NCBI RefSeq assembly: GCF_004010195.1
Contig: NC_057718.1
Coordinates: 71,147,790-71,211,789 of the forward strand
Length of the DNA: 64,000 nucleotides
Origin: Chiloscyllium plagiosum
Lineage: Eukaryota
Reading direction: 5' to 3'
The notes beneath the pieces are model-generated. The model saw nothing but the letters and a program-made list of their open reading frames with translations, ran no database searches and was not told the origin of the DNA. The translations under genes were made by a program, and so were the position numbers. This document shows, in pieces, positions 51,339-64,000 of the stretch. Within the stretch, counting starts at the first letter, position 1, and every line of letters starts with the position of its first letter.

Positions 51339-51542
51339 GAGAGTCATACAGCACACAAACAGACGCTTCGGCCCGACCCGTCCGTGCTGACCCAGATATC
51401 CCAACCCAATCTAGTCCCACCTGCCAGCACCCGGCCCATGTCCCTCCAAACCCTTCCTATCCATATACCAATCCAAATGCCTCTTAAATGCTGTAATTGT
51501 ACCAGCCCCCACCACATCCTCTGGCAGCTCATTCCATACACG
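51339..51542 (-). mobile_element. CR1 3' UTR fragment running into the gap
   Basis: Reverse complement of the 52270-52478 type tail. Confidence 0.85.
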
Positions 51543-51575
51543 NNNNNNNNNNNNNNNNNNNNNNNNNNNNNNNNN
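51543..51575. other. Assembly gap
   Basis: N run. Confidence 1.
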
Positions 51576-51599
51576 TGGGGGGGGAGGGGGTGGGGGGGG

Positions 51600-51887
51600 G
51601 GTTAGGGGGTTGGGAGGGGGTGGGGGGATGGTCCACCCTCACCCCGCCCTATCATCTTCATCCCCTCCCCCACTCACCTATTTTACTCTATGCTACTTTC
51701 TCCCCACCCCCATCCTTCTCTCACTTATATCTCCACGCTTCAGGCTCTCTGCCTGTATTCCTGATAAAGGGCTTTTGCCCGAAACGTCAATTTTACTGCT
51801 CCTCGGATGCTGCCTGAACTGCTGTGCTCTTCCAGCACCACTAATCCAGAATCTGGTTTCCAGCATCTGTAGTCATTGTTTTTACCT
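51600..51887 (+). mobile_element. PLE 3' tail with a mutated HHR (CUGAUAA...GAAACGUC at 51761-51788)
   Basis: ctgataaagggcttttgcccgaaacgtc...gatgctgcctga...ccagcatctg. Confidence 0.8.
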
Positions 51888-51889
51888 AA

Positions 51890-52890
51890 CATGAACCCAC
51901 GGTTAAGGCACTCTTCACGGGTTCAGAACTTGGCTCAGTTCTGCTTGGCTATTCTATCCCAAAAGGACTACACATTACAACACAGACTACACTGAGAGGC
52001 TCTGCCATCGCACCTCTCGCACACTCCTCAACCAACGCGTACACCAGACGTGCCAACCTTGAAATCAACATATAGTCCATATTCTCAGTTTGCATTCAGG
52101 GGACTAACTAAGAGACACTGCCAAGCAGATGAGGTAACTGAACTACACCACGTACACGCACACCAAGAACAGAAAACTGGTAAGGTCCTAGGGAGAATTG
52201 CTGAACAAAGAGACCTTGGAGGAGAAAGACATAAAAGAGACGTAAGGGGCAACGTTTTCACAGAGGATGGTACGTGTATGGAATGAGCTGCCAGAGGATG
52301 TGGTGGAGGCAACTGCAACATTTAAGAGGCATTTGGATGGGTATATGAATAGGAAGGGTTTGGAGGGATATGGACTGGGTGCTGGCAGGTGGGACTAGAT
52401 TAGGTTGGGATATCTGGTCGGCATGGACAGGTTAGACCGGAGGGTCTGTTTCCATGCTGTACATCTCTATGACTCTATGGAGAAATTTGGCATCACACTA
52501 GCAGTCACCAAGCCTACAGGGTAATACCACAGTGAACTCCATTGTCAACTTGTCTCACCAATTTTGTCTGGTTGAAGGGTGTAAAGTTCTCAGCCGAGGA
52601 CTCAACTTACTCCCCACAACCAACATGGACCCCATTGGTCTCGGGTAAGACAAAAATAAATTCATTTGGCAAATCAGGCTCCAGGAATTCTTCCACAACC
52701 CACAACACGTCAGCAGCAAGCCCAATGAGATAACCAATGAACTGCAACAGTCGATAGAGAGATCTGCAGTACAGCAACCAAAGAAACAACAGTCGAATTG
52801 GACCCCTCTGGAAGGCCTGAACAGGATACCCAACAGACATCACAAATCTGAAACTTTCAACAACAATTCTCTTTCCGGATCCTCCGCTCC
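51890..52890 (+). mobile_element. PLE ORF N-terminal fragment interrupted by a CR1 tail (52181-52478)
   Basis: SIVNLS...KVLSRGLNYSPT-like PLE N-terminal motif; SNWTP. Confidence 0.6.
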
Positions 52891-55198
52891 ACGCCATCAG
52901 CCATGCGCCGCTATCGACTCTACCTGCAGTTTGTCCTGCCTCAGCTCAGAGCCTCACTTTCCTTGACCTGCAGCAGACCTCTGCATTTCTACATTCTCAG
53001 AAGGATTCCTATGCTCAACCAATGATTTTTCTCCACCACACTGGACATAAAAGAATGCAAGTTAAACAAATTTTCATGTACTTCCCTCAATACAGATATT
53101 TCCTCAAATCTTCTAGAACTTTCTCCTGGCCTCTGGAATCGCCCAGATGCCAATCGCCACGCGGCCATTTCTTCCATGAGCACCAGGGCGATTAATGACG
53201 TCACTTCCACCCCCGCTGCCGCTGCATGGACTACAGCCACTGTCGATCACACCATCTCCACCATCGCCATCCACCCAACCATCTTAGTGACCGCCAGGAA
53301 GACTACCGTCGCCTCGACCGCTGCAGGATACACCACCAGTTTCACCACCCCCAGCACAGACACGATACCTTCTAGGAGAAAGTGAGGACTGCAGATGCTG
53401 GAGATCAGAGCTGAAAATTTGATGCTGGAAAAGCGCAGGTCAGGCAGCATCCAAGCAGCAGGAGAATCGACGTTTCGGGCATGAGCCTGAAGAAGGGCTC
53501 ATGCCCGAAACGTCGATTCTCCTGCTCATTGGATGCTGCCTGACGTGCTGCACTTTTCCAGCAACACAGACACAATACCTACCTTGTACGTCACTTCCAC
53601 CCCCGAAATTGCCGCGGCGGCAGCCACTTCCGCCCCGATGGACACCGCTCACCTCAACACGGAAGCCTCAATCGCCGATGTCACTTCCGCCACCAGTGAC
53701 ATCACCCGTCGAGAACTAAACAGCATTGCTCATGACGTCACTTACGCCCCTGTTGACACAGCTATAAGCCCCTTTGCGACTGTCACTTCCGTTGGTGATG
53801 ACACTCCTAACCCTATAATCACGCCTACTCAATCAACTTTCTCCGCCCCCACATCCAGCTCCAGCCCCACTTTCAATCCTAGCTCCCATTCCTGCTGTGT
53901 GTTCACCATTCCCCTAGACATCCCCCTCACTGAAGTCAAATATTTAGTCCTCAGCAAAGGCCTGACTCCTTATCCCTCTACACTCCCAGATTAATGAGTT
54001 CAACACACGCTGTGACCTTGAATGTTTCTTCTGTCGCCTCCGCCTTCAGGCCCACTTTTTCAGCTAGGACACTCGCCCACCCACTGAATACCGGTCCTGC
54101 CACCTCCAACACACCCCATCCACCTGGACACCCCGTGCCAGCCTCTTACCCACCCTTGACATCTTCATTTCCAATTGTCATCGTGATATCAGCCACCTCA
54201 ACCTGCCCACCCTCCTCACCAATCCAACCTCCCGCCCTCACTACGCACAGCCCTCCTCTCCTAGCCCAAACCTCACCAACAAGCCTGAAAACAAGGAGGG
54301 GTGGAGTAGTCAGGCGCCAACTCGCAGACACCTCCTCCTACTGCCCCCTTATCACGACCCCACCTCCTATCACCAAACCATCATCTCCAAGACCATCCAC
54401 AACCTCATCATCTCTGGGGGTCTCCCACCCACAGCCTCCAACTCATTGTCCATGAATCCTGCACTGCCCAATTCTACCTCCTACCGAAGATTCACAAACC
54501 TGACTATCCCAGTCAACCCATTGTATCAGCCTGCGCCTGTCCCACTGAACTCATTTCTTCCAACCTTGACACTGTCCAGGTTACTCCCTCAGTTCAGGAA
54601 ATCCCCACCTACGCTTGTGACACCACCCATACTCTTTATCTCTTCCAAGATTTCCCCAGCCCCAATACTTCATTTTCACCATGGACATCCAGTCCCTGTA
54701 CACATTGATCTGCCACGATGAAGGTCTCCAAGCCCTCCATTTCTTCCTCTCACGCTGTCAATTCCAGTACCCTTCCATGGATATCCTCATTCACCTGACT
54801 GAATGGGTCCTCACCCTCAATAACTTCTCCTTCCAATCCTCCCACTTCCTCCAAACCAAAGGGGTAGCCATGGGCATCCCCGCATGGGACCAGCTATGCC
54901 TTGCCTGTTTGTCGGATACGTGGAACAGTCCATCTTCTGCAGTTACACCGGCACCACCCCACCTGTTCCTCCACTACATCGATGACTCTTTCGGCACCAC
55001 CTCCCACGAGTAGGTTGAGCAGTTCATCAACTTCACCAACACCCTGACCTCAAATTCACCTGAACCATCTCTGGCACCTCCCTCCCCTTTTTGGACCTCT
55101 TCCTCACCATCTCCAATGACCGACTAACCACAGACATCTACTACAAAGTCCACCGACTCCCACAGCTACCGAGACTACACCTCCGTCCACCCTACCCC
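52890..55198 (+). mobile_element. PLE ORF: N-terminal low-complexity region plus RT; decayed
   Basis: VFTIP...VLSKGL; FTMDIQSLYT; VLTLNNFSFQSSHFLQTKGVAMG; FLHYIDD; LPFLDL; TDIYYK. Confidence 0.9.
53371..53564. mobile_element. PLE mini-element hairpin with an intact HHR core at 53487-53514 (+)
   Basis: Inverted arms; CUGAAGA-A-GGGC(UCAU)GCCC-GAAA-CGUC. 16-bp TSD cacagacac(g/a)atacct at 53355-53370 and 53565-53580. Confidence 0.9.
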
Positions 55199-55199
55199 T

Positions 55200-56480
55200 T
55201 TTAGAATTTTACACTTCTATTTTATATCATCTTTCAACGGTCTTCCTAAAAAATTGCATGACTTCATACTTTGCTATATTGAACTATTTTGCCATTTATC
55301 TGCCCACCCTACTAACTTATCTTTCTGGAGTTCACACTGTACTTCTCACAGTTTACAACTCTTCCAAATTATGGATTACCTGCAATCTTTGAAATTGCCC
55401 CTGTACACCCTGTAGGAAAAGCCTGGATTCCAAGAGATCCCATGGGAGTTTCCATCACAAACCTTCCTCCAGCCCAAAAAAAAATCCATTGACCATTACT
55501 GTTTCCTATCACTCATGCAAGTTTGCATTCATATTGCTACTATCCTTTTATACCATGACCTATAATTTTATTCACAAGTCTGTTGTGTGTCAATGTAGCT
55601 ATCGCCTTCTGGAAATCCATGCATGGCATTACCCTTATTGACCTGTTACCTCATCAAAAATCTCAGCAACTTAGTTAAACACAATTTTTACATTAGGCAT
55701 CTGTGCTGACACTAATCAACCAACCTTTTTCAATGTGACTCCTCATTTTACTGCAAATAATAGTTTCCAGAAGCTTCTCACCACTGAGGTTAAATTGACT
55801 GGTCTGTAATATCTGGGATTATCCTTAAATTTTCTTGAACAAGGTCGCAATGTTTGTATTCCTCCAATTTTTTGGCATCTCTCCCAAGTGTAGGGAAGAC
55901 TTAAAGATTATAGTCAGTGACCTGCAATTTCTACCCTCACTCCCTTCAAAAATCCTTGGATGCATCTCATCTTATCAAGTTGAAGTACCAACAGTCTATC
56001 CAAAAGTCCTTTGCTATTAATTTAAACCATTCCAAAGTTTCCACTTCTATCACCATGGTCTACACAACATCCCCCTGTTTTACAAAGTATTGACTTAATA
56101 TCAAACCCATGCCCCTTGCCTCCCTGTGTAAATCCTCTTCTCCTCCTCCTTTAAGCACTGTTTTACCATAAGCCTATAGAAGACTTTGGAATTACCATTT
56201 ATGTTAGCTGCTAGTCTTTTCTCATAATTCGACTTTGCTGCTTTTATTTTCATTTTCACCTCACCTCTAATCTTCAGTATTCCTCTTGGTTCTCAAATAT
56301 ACTGTCTGCCCAACACGTGATAAACATAATTTTTTTTACAAAATAGTAATTTCTTCCTCCTTTGTCATCCTGGAAACTCTGGATTTGTTTGTCCTAACTT
56401 TCCCATTTGAGGGAATGTACTTCAACTATATCTGAACCATCTTTTTTTTAAAGTAGTCCATTGTTCAGTTACTGTTTTTT
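55200..56480 (-). mobile_element. Highly decayed CR1 ORF2
   Basis: Minus-strand DFQKA and DNPRYYRPVNLTSVVR remnants. Confidence 0.6.
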
Positions 56481-57284
56481 CCCCTGCTAACCAAAATGTA
56501 CAACATATTACTCAGCTAACAATTCAGACAAGTAGAGGAAACTTAACTCAGTGTCAAACCCTATGCTGTCCTTGCCCTGGGGGTATTTGATTGAGACAAT
56601 GTAGAATTAGCTTTATTTTCAGTTTAGAAGAATAGAGGAAGGGTTACCCAGTATCTATCAGGCTGTCCCTGTCCTGTGGATACAAGAAAAAGAAAATAAG
56701 GTCAAGAGGGAAATTGCTGACCAGGTAGGTCACCAGTGATCAGTTGAAATTACTTTGTTTCTCTGGGTGATCCTTCCAGTTAATGGATAAATGCCTTTGC
56801 CACACATGCCCTGGAAAGGTTTGGCCTTGATCTCTTCACCACATTTGGGATACATCACAGTCCAAAGCCTTGGGTTCAATTCACTTCGTTACCAGCTGCT
56901 CCCACTCACTGTCCTTGTAGGTGTTTCACACTTAATTATGTTCTTTCTCTCTCTTCACCTTCATTTCCTTTACTTTCTCTCATTGGGTGGCTTTGAGGTT
57001 CAAGCTGCTCCAAAGTAAAATGCTTTTCTTTCCTAAATCTTTGATTAGCCGATTTTTTTAAAAATGGAATTATTCCCACATCGCTGCTTTGAATCTTTTT
57101 CAATGTAACCATATTAATATGTGAAGAAGTCAAAACTGAGTGCAATTCTTGAGATCTCATCTCACTAGCAATGACAAGAATGACTGGTCCATTGGTGTGT
57201 ATTAACAGAACCAAATACTGCCAGTTTTAGTTACAGGTTTTATACTTTAATCATAAATCTCAGTAACCTATTGAAAATGTGCAT

Positions 57285-57815
57285 ATGGTATAAGCAGGTA
57301 GGGAAAGAGTTAAGTTCTGAGTTTTGTGGAATAAGAGGTTCAGCTGAGTATGACTCAGATCAATTAAGAACTTTCAGTTAACAATGGGGTGCTGGAGGCA
57401 AGGGTAATGGGTTAAGAAGGTGGAAATGCAGTTATTATGTACAGCCATTTAACAATATTAAAAGCATTCAGTATGTGAGGTCAGTTTAACAAGGTGACAA
57501 ATATTCATTATGTGAAGTTATTCATTGTGTAACAGCAGATGGCTTAGTCTTTACTATTGACACTCGCTGATTTTAACAGTCACCCAATCAATATGCATGT
57601 TGCCTTATCTGGATGCTCCTCTGTGTAAACTGAATACATAATTCAATGAGAAACTGCTGTTCCAAAGACGACCGAGAACTCACGTCTCTGTGCACATGGG
57701 TGATCGTTCTCTCTCCCTCCAGGGCCCGGAATAAAGACGAAGGAGGTAAAACTATACTGTGTCTCTGCAGATTTTGCTTTGACTGGGTGGGGGGGGGGGG
57801 TGAATTGGGACGACA
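57285..57815 (+). mobile_element. Possible solo LTR
   Basis: AATAAA near 57730 and end ...gggacgaca. The 5' terminus and TSD are not resolved. Confidence 0.35.
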
Positions 57816-58139
57816 CTATGTACAGTAAGATACAGATTTTTTCCCTAACTCTTTAAATTGTATCAGGTTTTGTTGATCCTACAAAACACATGACACTAAG
57901 TGTTATTTGCCATTTCACATTCAGCATGTTGTCATGTTTGTATGTCTGCAAACATTTTATGTACCTCCTCCTTATACATGGGTACATAGCATTTCAACAA
58001 TGATCATCTGTCATTCTAAGTCATTTTTCAATGATCTTCATGAAAACATTGCAATATTGCAAGCTGCATCTGAGCAGCCTGATACCCCCTTTTCACCAGA
58101 TCTATCAATCTGTTCAGTTAATTTTTTTAAATTCAAATA

Positions 58140-59430
58140 ACAAGTGAGGTATGCTCAAAGACAAGCAGATATTTCTGAGTGGATCATACAGCAAAAGGAA
58201 AAGGAGTTTGCAGCTAGAAATTTTAGTTGGGATGGCGAGATTCTCGAGCATGTTAAGATTATTAAGGAGGTGGTATTTAATATTTCAGTGAGCATAAAGT
58301 TGCGTAAATCCATAGGGTCAGATGGGATATATCCCAGACTGCAATGGAAAATAAGGAGGGAGATTGCTGGAGCCCAGGAGAAGTGGCCACAGGAGAAGTG
58401 TCAGATGACTGGAGGATAGATAGAAAATTTACTCAAGAAGGGCAAGGATAGGTCAAGCAATTACAAAGTCAGTGGAAGGTAAATTATTGAAAACATTTGA
58501 GGGACAGAATTAATCAACGCTTGGAAAGGCAATTGATCAGGGATAGTCAACACACACAAAGACATGTCTGGTTGATTTAATTGATTTTTTTTTAAAGAGG
58601 TGACTGTAGTACAGTTGATGTGGTTTACATGGACTTCAGTGAGGCCTCTGACAAGGTTGCACGTGGTAAGCGGTTCTATAATGCATGTTGACAAACTGGA
58701 TCCAAAAATGGTTTGCAAATAGGTGGCAAAGGGTGATGATGGAGGCTGTTCTTGTGATTGCGATGAACATGTACTACAGGGATCGGACCTTTGCTGTTCA
58801 TTATATAGATTTGTGACTTGGAATGAATGTCAAAGGTATACATTGGTGGTGATGTTATGGATAGTGAGGAGGATGATTACAGTCTGATATTGATCATAAG
58901 GCAAATTGTATAGAGCAATAGCAGATGGAATTCACTCCTGATAAGTGTGATATGACGCATTTTATGAGGTCTAATAGGGGAAGGATTTACACAATAAATG
59001 GTAAGTTCCTCGGAAGTACTGAAGAACAAAGGGAAGCATTGGCACAGGTAGATAGGGTGAAGACAACAACATATGACCTTCAATGATCAAGCTGTAGAAT
59101 ATAGGATCCGGGAAGTCTTGGTGAAAATTATAGAACATTGCTTATTCCACAGATGGAATACTGTGTGCAGTTCTGGTTGCCACATTATCAGAAGGATGCA
59201 ACTGAACTGGAGAGGGTACAGAGGAGATTTGCCATAATGTGACTTGGGATGGAAAATCTTAGTTCGGAGGAAAGATCAGATAGACTGGGTTTATTTTCTC
59301 TACTGCAGAGGAGGCTGATGGGACACATAATTGAGGTATACAAAATCATGAGAGGCATATATAGGGTATATCATAAGAATCTTTTGCCCATGGTGTGGTG
59401 AAGGGCCTATTTCTATGCTGTATGACTCAA
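58140..59430 (+). mobile_element. Decayed CR1 ORF2 and tail
   Basis: KSIGSDGIYPR, DVVYMDFS, EYCVQFWLPHYQKD. Confidence 0.75.
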
Positions 59431-60156
59431 GAGAGACAGATATCTTGTTCCAAAAAATGACACAAGGAAAACACCTAAGAGCAAGATTATCGACATCTAG
59501 ACTGTTAAAAATTAATTATTCAAAAGCAAATCACTTCTTTCATGATATAGATTATGGACCCAATTGGAGTAGGTTAGAACTCACATTGCAATGAAAAGGA
59601 AAGGCAAAACATAGAATGAATGAGTTAAAGGTGTACTTTAACAATACAGGAATTAAACGAGGAAATAATAAGCCTATTGGTATTATCTCAGTTGTGTGGA
59701 CGCTATTGGAGTCTGTTTGTTGGGACTGAGCATTTCGACAAATCTGAGCTCAACAGAGAAATATGGCATGGATTTGCAAAGAATTAGTCCAATCTAAATT
59801 AATTTTGATCAATTTTGAGAGGCTTTTCAAACTTGTGCGTCTTTGGATATTATTACAAAAGGTATTCAGCAAGTCTCCGCCGAAGAGAGAGTTAACAAAA
59901 ATAACAGCACATAAAATTGGAGTTAGCCTGCTGGTTTGAATATTATGAATTGTTTCGAAAATAAGAAACATAGAATAGGAACAATGGATATGTAATTAGA
60001 TTGGCAGTATGTAACTCATTTTCCACAAGAAAATCAAGTTCTCAGTTTTTCTCTATAGCAAAATGATTTGGCTGACTTGCTATTAAGGCAGCTGCTGTGT
60101 GGCTTGCAGCTGCTAACTCCAAAAAAAAAGTACACATTAGTTGTTGGGATCTTGGT

Positions 60157-60465
60157 GGGCAGCACGGTGGCACAGTGGTTAGCACTGCTGCCTCACAGCG
60201 CCAGAGACCCGGGTTCAATTCCCGCCTCAGGCGACTGTCTGTATGGAGTTTGCACATTCTCCCCGTGTCTGCGTGGGTTTCCTCTGGGTGCTCCGGTTTC
60301 CTCCCACAGTCCAAAAACGTGTAGGTTAGGTGAATTGGCCATTCTAAATTGCCCGTAATGTTAGGGGCAGGGGTAAATGTAAGGGAATGGGTCTGGGTGG
60401 GTTGCGCTTCGGAGGGTCGGTGTGGACTTGTTGGGCCGAAGGGCCTGTTTTCACACTAAGTAATC
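60157..60465 (+). mobile_element. HE1-type V-SINE followed by a CR1 3' tail (60470-60643)
   Basis: Complete head, core and tail; A box tggcacagtgg, B box gggttcaattcc. Confidence 0.93.
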
Positions 60466-61370
60466 GTGAGTTCATGGAATGCCCTGCCAGTAGCAGTGGT
60501 GGACTCTCCCTCTTTATGGGCATTTAAACGGGCATTGGATAGGCATATGGAGGATAGTGGGCTAGTGTAGGTTAGGTGGGCTTGGATCGGCGCAACATCG
60601 AGGGCCAAAGGGCCTGTACTGCGCTGTATTTTTCTACGTTCTAAAATCTAAGCTTTGGTCAAGTTAACAGCAAATGTTTACTGTTTCCTCTCCAGATGCC
60701 AGACCTGTCAGTATTTCAGTATTATCTGTTTTTGTGCCATATCAAACCTTGGTTCACAGAAGAGGCTGTTAAATTATAACTTGTAACAAGCATCTGGTTG
60801 GGAATGTGAATAGGTTGAGTTTAGAGGGATATGGGCCAAATGCTGGCAAACAGGACTAGATTAATTTAGGATATCTGGTTAGCATGGATGAGTTGGACTG
60901 AACGGTTAGTTTCCATGTTATACATCGCTAAAATGCAAACTTGCTTTTGGATAGAGTTCTAAAAGAAATATTTTCTTGATTGAACTTAAAATGCACACAA
61001 GATATCAACAAATAGAATCTTGCTCTATGGACAATGGTCTGGAACTTACAAACTGGCACCTGACAAAATTGAAACAAAGGCTGCCAAGTTGTTCACAGTC
61101 TAAGTGAGTCATGAATGCTCTTCAGGTCATCATGCTATCTCTAACTTTTGTCTCTCTCATTCAATTCTCTCAGGGCAATTCAAAGTGATCAAAGAAAGGC
61201 CAATGCCACACTTATTCAAAAATCAAATTTCAAAAAACACACACACACAAAATCATTAAGTCCAGAAAATTATCAGATCAGAGAATGCAAAATTCCTTTG
61301 CAACACCTTGATTTACTAGAGAAGACACCAATTGTTGAGAAAAGTTCAAGTTTTGTACTTCTGTACTTAC

Positions 61371-61474
61371 CAGCTATGCCAATAAAAACTATCAGCCCAA
61401 AACAGATGAAGAATACGATAAACACAAGGACAAAGTGCCTCTTTGAGAGCGCATATAATCGCATTGGTGCAATC
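61371..61474 (-). CDS. TMEM181: TMEM181 coding exon (104 nt, phase 2 to phase 1), N-terminal TM helix: IAPMRLYALSKRHFVLVFIVFFICFGLIVFIGIA(G)
   Basis: Acceptor tttcctggtttgttctttgcAG and donor GTaagt. The peptide closely matches the recalled vertebrate TMEM181 segment APMRLYTLSKRHFVLVFVVFFICFGLTIFVGIRG. Confidence 0.95.
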
Positions 61475-61751
61475 CTGCAAAGAACAAACCAGGAAATGTC
61501 AAAGCAAAAAAAAACAGCAACAAAATATCTGCAGTGATAGATTTGAAGTAATGTTCAGTATAATCTTGTCAGAGCACATAATGATATATCACAAATCAAC
61601 AGATTCCACATGGCTAACTGGTTTTACCACATTGTGGTCTATTGAAAGGAATGTAATTCCAACCTGAGAGCATTTTGTTTACCAATTATTAAAATTCCAT
61701 ATTCACAATACAATTCGTGACCCCATTTGGAGACAAAACTTGCCAATCCAA

Positions 61752-61900
61752 TAAAGCTCAGCAGGTCTGGCAGCATCTGCAGAGAGAATGTTTCAGGTCA
61801 AGTTCTCTAGTTCTAAGAAAGGGTCACTTGACACTAAATGTTAACTCCAACTTCTCTCCACAGATACTGCCAGACTGCTAAGTTTATCCAGCAATTTGTT
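61752..61900. mobile_element. Old hairpin PLE mini-element (third family; relatives at ~40968-41070 and 42770-42857)
   Basis: ctcagcaggtctggcagcatctg... and inverted ...cagatactgccagactgctaag. The 42857 relative reads CUGAAGA-AAGAUC(ACUG)GAUCC-GAAA on the minus strand. Confidence 0.6.
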
Positions 61901-62364
61901 TTGTTTGTTTGACCTTATAACTCAACATCTCTTAAGTATGTTCTAAAGATCCATAAAGATGCTATCCAAACTATTTTTCAATGTGACCCAAGTTTAATGT
62001 TCAAAAGATACCATGATTCCAGATGCCAGCAAAGCATAACACTAAGTCTGACATCCAGCACATTAAAGTTGATATCACGTTTATCTATATGCATGAATCA
62101 TTTTTTCCCCTAAAAACACTTTGCTACAAGGTTATCATTTCACATACTGCTGTGGGTTCCAGCGAAGTGCTGCATATTCTGTGGATGACAAAGACTCTTT
62201 AAATTGACTCTCCACCTTCCCTCTACACAGAGATGCCCTAGTGACTCTCCCCTTCCCTATTTTCAATTTAGATGCCAACACCTGCAGAGTTTCTATCCTG
62301 GGGTAAGAAATCTGTATAACAATCAAATTTGAAGTCACCACTTCATTTACCAGCTCATCCTTTG

Positions 62365-62670
62365 ATTTAGATTACATTTAGATTTAGATTAGATTAGATT
62401 ACATTACAGTGTGGAAACAGGCCCTTCGGCCCAACAAGTCCCTACATTTACCCCTTACCCAACACTACGGGCAATTTAGCATGGCCAATTCACCTGACCT
62501 GCACAGTTTCTGGACTGTGGGAGGAAACCGGAGTACCCGGAGGAAACCCAGACAGACACGGGGAGAACGTGCAAACTCCACACAGTCAGTCAGTCGCCTG
62601 AGGCGGGAATTGAACCCGGGTCTCCGGCGCTGTGAGGCAGCAGTGCTAACCACTGTGCCACCGTGCCGCC
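62365..62670 (-). mobile_element. HE1-type V-SINE
   Basis: (ttaga)n tail, V core and tRNA head on the minus strand. Confidence 0.92.
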
Positions 62671-62904
62671 CTTTGCTGCCCTCTACCGGAATCAAATTGG
62701 TACATAAACATCTTAGACCTACTTAAGCAACTACTAACAATAGCTTTTGATGATAATTGGTGCTTAGGACCCACCACCCACCTCTTCCTGTTTGGAATAA
62801 TTAATCCCATGAACGAGTCTGGTAGCTAACCCACTACAGCTACCAGACTGAGCAACCTGCTCTCTGTTCTGTGCCCAGTTCTGGTCTCCCTGATGTATGA
62901 AGCT

Positions 62905-63810
62905 AACAATCGCACAACACCAGATAATAGTCCAACAGGTTTATTTGGAAGCACCAGCTTTCAAAGTGCTGATTTTTTTGTCAGGCGGTTGTGGAGCAGA
63001 ATCATAACACACAGAATTTATATAGCAACAGGATTGTCGCGTCATGGAATGTATTATTAAACAAATTTAGCTTAAGTCTTTCATCTTTTAGAATGGTCGT
63101 GTTAGTGTTGGTTCCTTCATATGTAAATCCCAGAACTGTTGAAAGGTACATTCTCAAGATAGCTTTTAACAATAGGTGTCATCTCAGGTTTAATAATGCA
63201 TTGAAGTTGAGAGGTTTTGGTCGAGGATGAAGCAGATGAGCTGCAGAACGGGGCTTGGAGATTGGCAGTTGTTAGTACTGAGGCTGTTGTCATGATGCTG
63301 TCATTGCGGGGATGCTGGTGTAGAGTGCTGAAACATCCATTGTGACGAGGAATGTTCCTGGTTCGACTGGTATGTGGGTCAAGAATGTGGTGCTGGAAAA
63401 GTACAACAGGACAGGCAGCATCCTAGGAGCAGGAGAATCTACGTTTTGGGCATAAGCCCTTCATCAGGACCGTGGGTGCTGAGTTTCTGCCAGAAATCTG
63501 TAGTGTTGCTGGGGGTCCCCTGGGGGTCCCCTGTACAATGGGTTTCAAGATGCCTTTGACATAACTAGAGACATTCCCACATTGGGTCCCATTGCCTGAT
63601 TCAATAGGGCGCCCTGGTATGTTGGCTTTGTGTATCTTTGGAAAGCAGCAGAAATTTGACCTCAGGAGGCCGACACAAGCTGTAACTGATAGGGTATCCT
63701 TTATTGTCCAGTACGTCCCAGGAGCCGAAAAACTACGCCATATTCTTCACAGCCTGCAACACACTATCAATGAGCATTTCCCAGGCCTCCACTTGTTGCC
63801 TTTAAACAAC
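62905..63810 (-). mobile_element. Rearranged PLE: pLTR and RT fragment on minus, inverted linker fragment on plus, nested mini-unit at 63380-63471
   Basis: Minus strand FLVTMDVSALYTSIP; plus strand DRVSFIVQYVPGAEKLRHILHSLQH. gtgggt TSD around the mini-unit. Confidence 0.75.
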
Positions 63811-64000
63811 TGTTAGGTTCTTGTCCCAAGGTTTCACACTAGAGATGCAATGTGCACACACCAACTTCTGCAAACAGTTAAAGTTTATTAAAGCATGAAC
63901 AAGCAAGGTGTTCCCCTTTGACCACCTGCCCACACCCCCTCGCATGTGTGCGAGGTTGAGTCAAAGTGAGTCAAAGTGAACAAAGAAAATACATCCCCTT

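Noticed and set aside
51339..52478. Inverted repeats suggesting a DNA transposon (51339-51542 versus 52270-52478)
   Set aside because: Two opposite CR1 3' UTR copies separated by an assembly gap. No TSD and no transposase.
53533..54455. Mucin-like Thr/Ser/Pro-rich ORFs
   Set aside because: These are low-complexity and out-of-frame readings of the decayed PLE ORF, with no exon structure.
60157..60235. tRNA gene (A/B boxes)
   Set aside because: It is the tRNA-derived head of an HE1 SINE and continues into the V core and LINE tail.

Overview
Repeat-rich vertebrate genomic DNA, very probably from a cartilaginous fish (shark), judging by HE1-type V-SINEs with CR1/HER1-type LINE tails. There are four assembly gaps. 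The window lies inside the minus-strand gene TMEM181. Three phase-compatible GT-AG exons were found (61474-61371, 22138-22077, 20632-20542), separated by a ~39 kb and a ~1.4 kb intron. The introns are filled with nested, mostly decayed retroelements: CR1 LINEs, HE1 SINEs, a second tRNA-derived SINE, Gypsy solo LTRs, a Gmr1-like Gypsy pol fragment, a class I (gamma/epsilon-like) ERV pol fragment, and several Penelope-like element (PLE) families carrying minimal hammerhead ribozyme (HHR) motifs. A gap-bounded contig (47486-51542) holds a ~70-bp tandem array and a single intact PRPF19 exon that does not belong to TMEM181. The most interesting observations are: (1) a compact endonuclease+RT LINE whose 5' end is the head and body of a tRNA-derived SINE and whose 3' tail equals that SINE's tail, seen in two copies with the same junction; (2) ~130-nt HHR-bearing PLE mini-units, often inserted as TSD-flanked hairpins with breakpoints at the ribozyme core; (3) the orphan PRPF19 exon; (4) short templated insertions; (5) an ETS-CRE motif array inside a PLE. 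Family names come from recognised motifs, not database searches. Repeat boundaries without a stated TSD are approximate.
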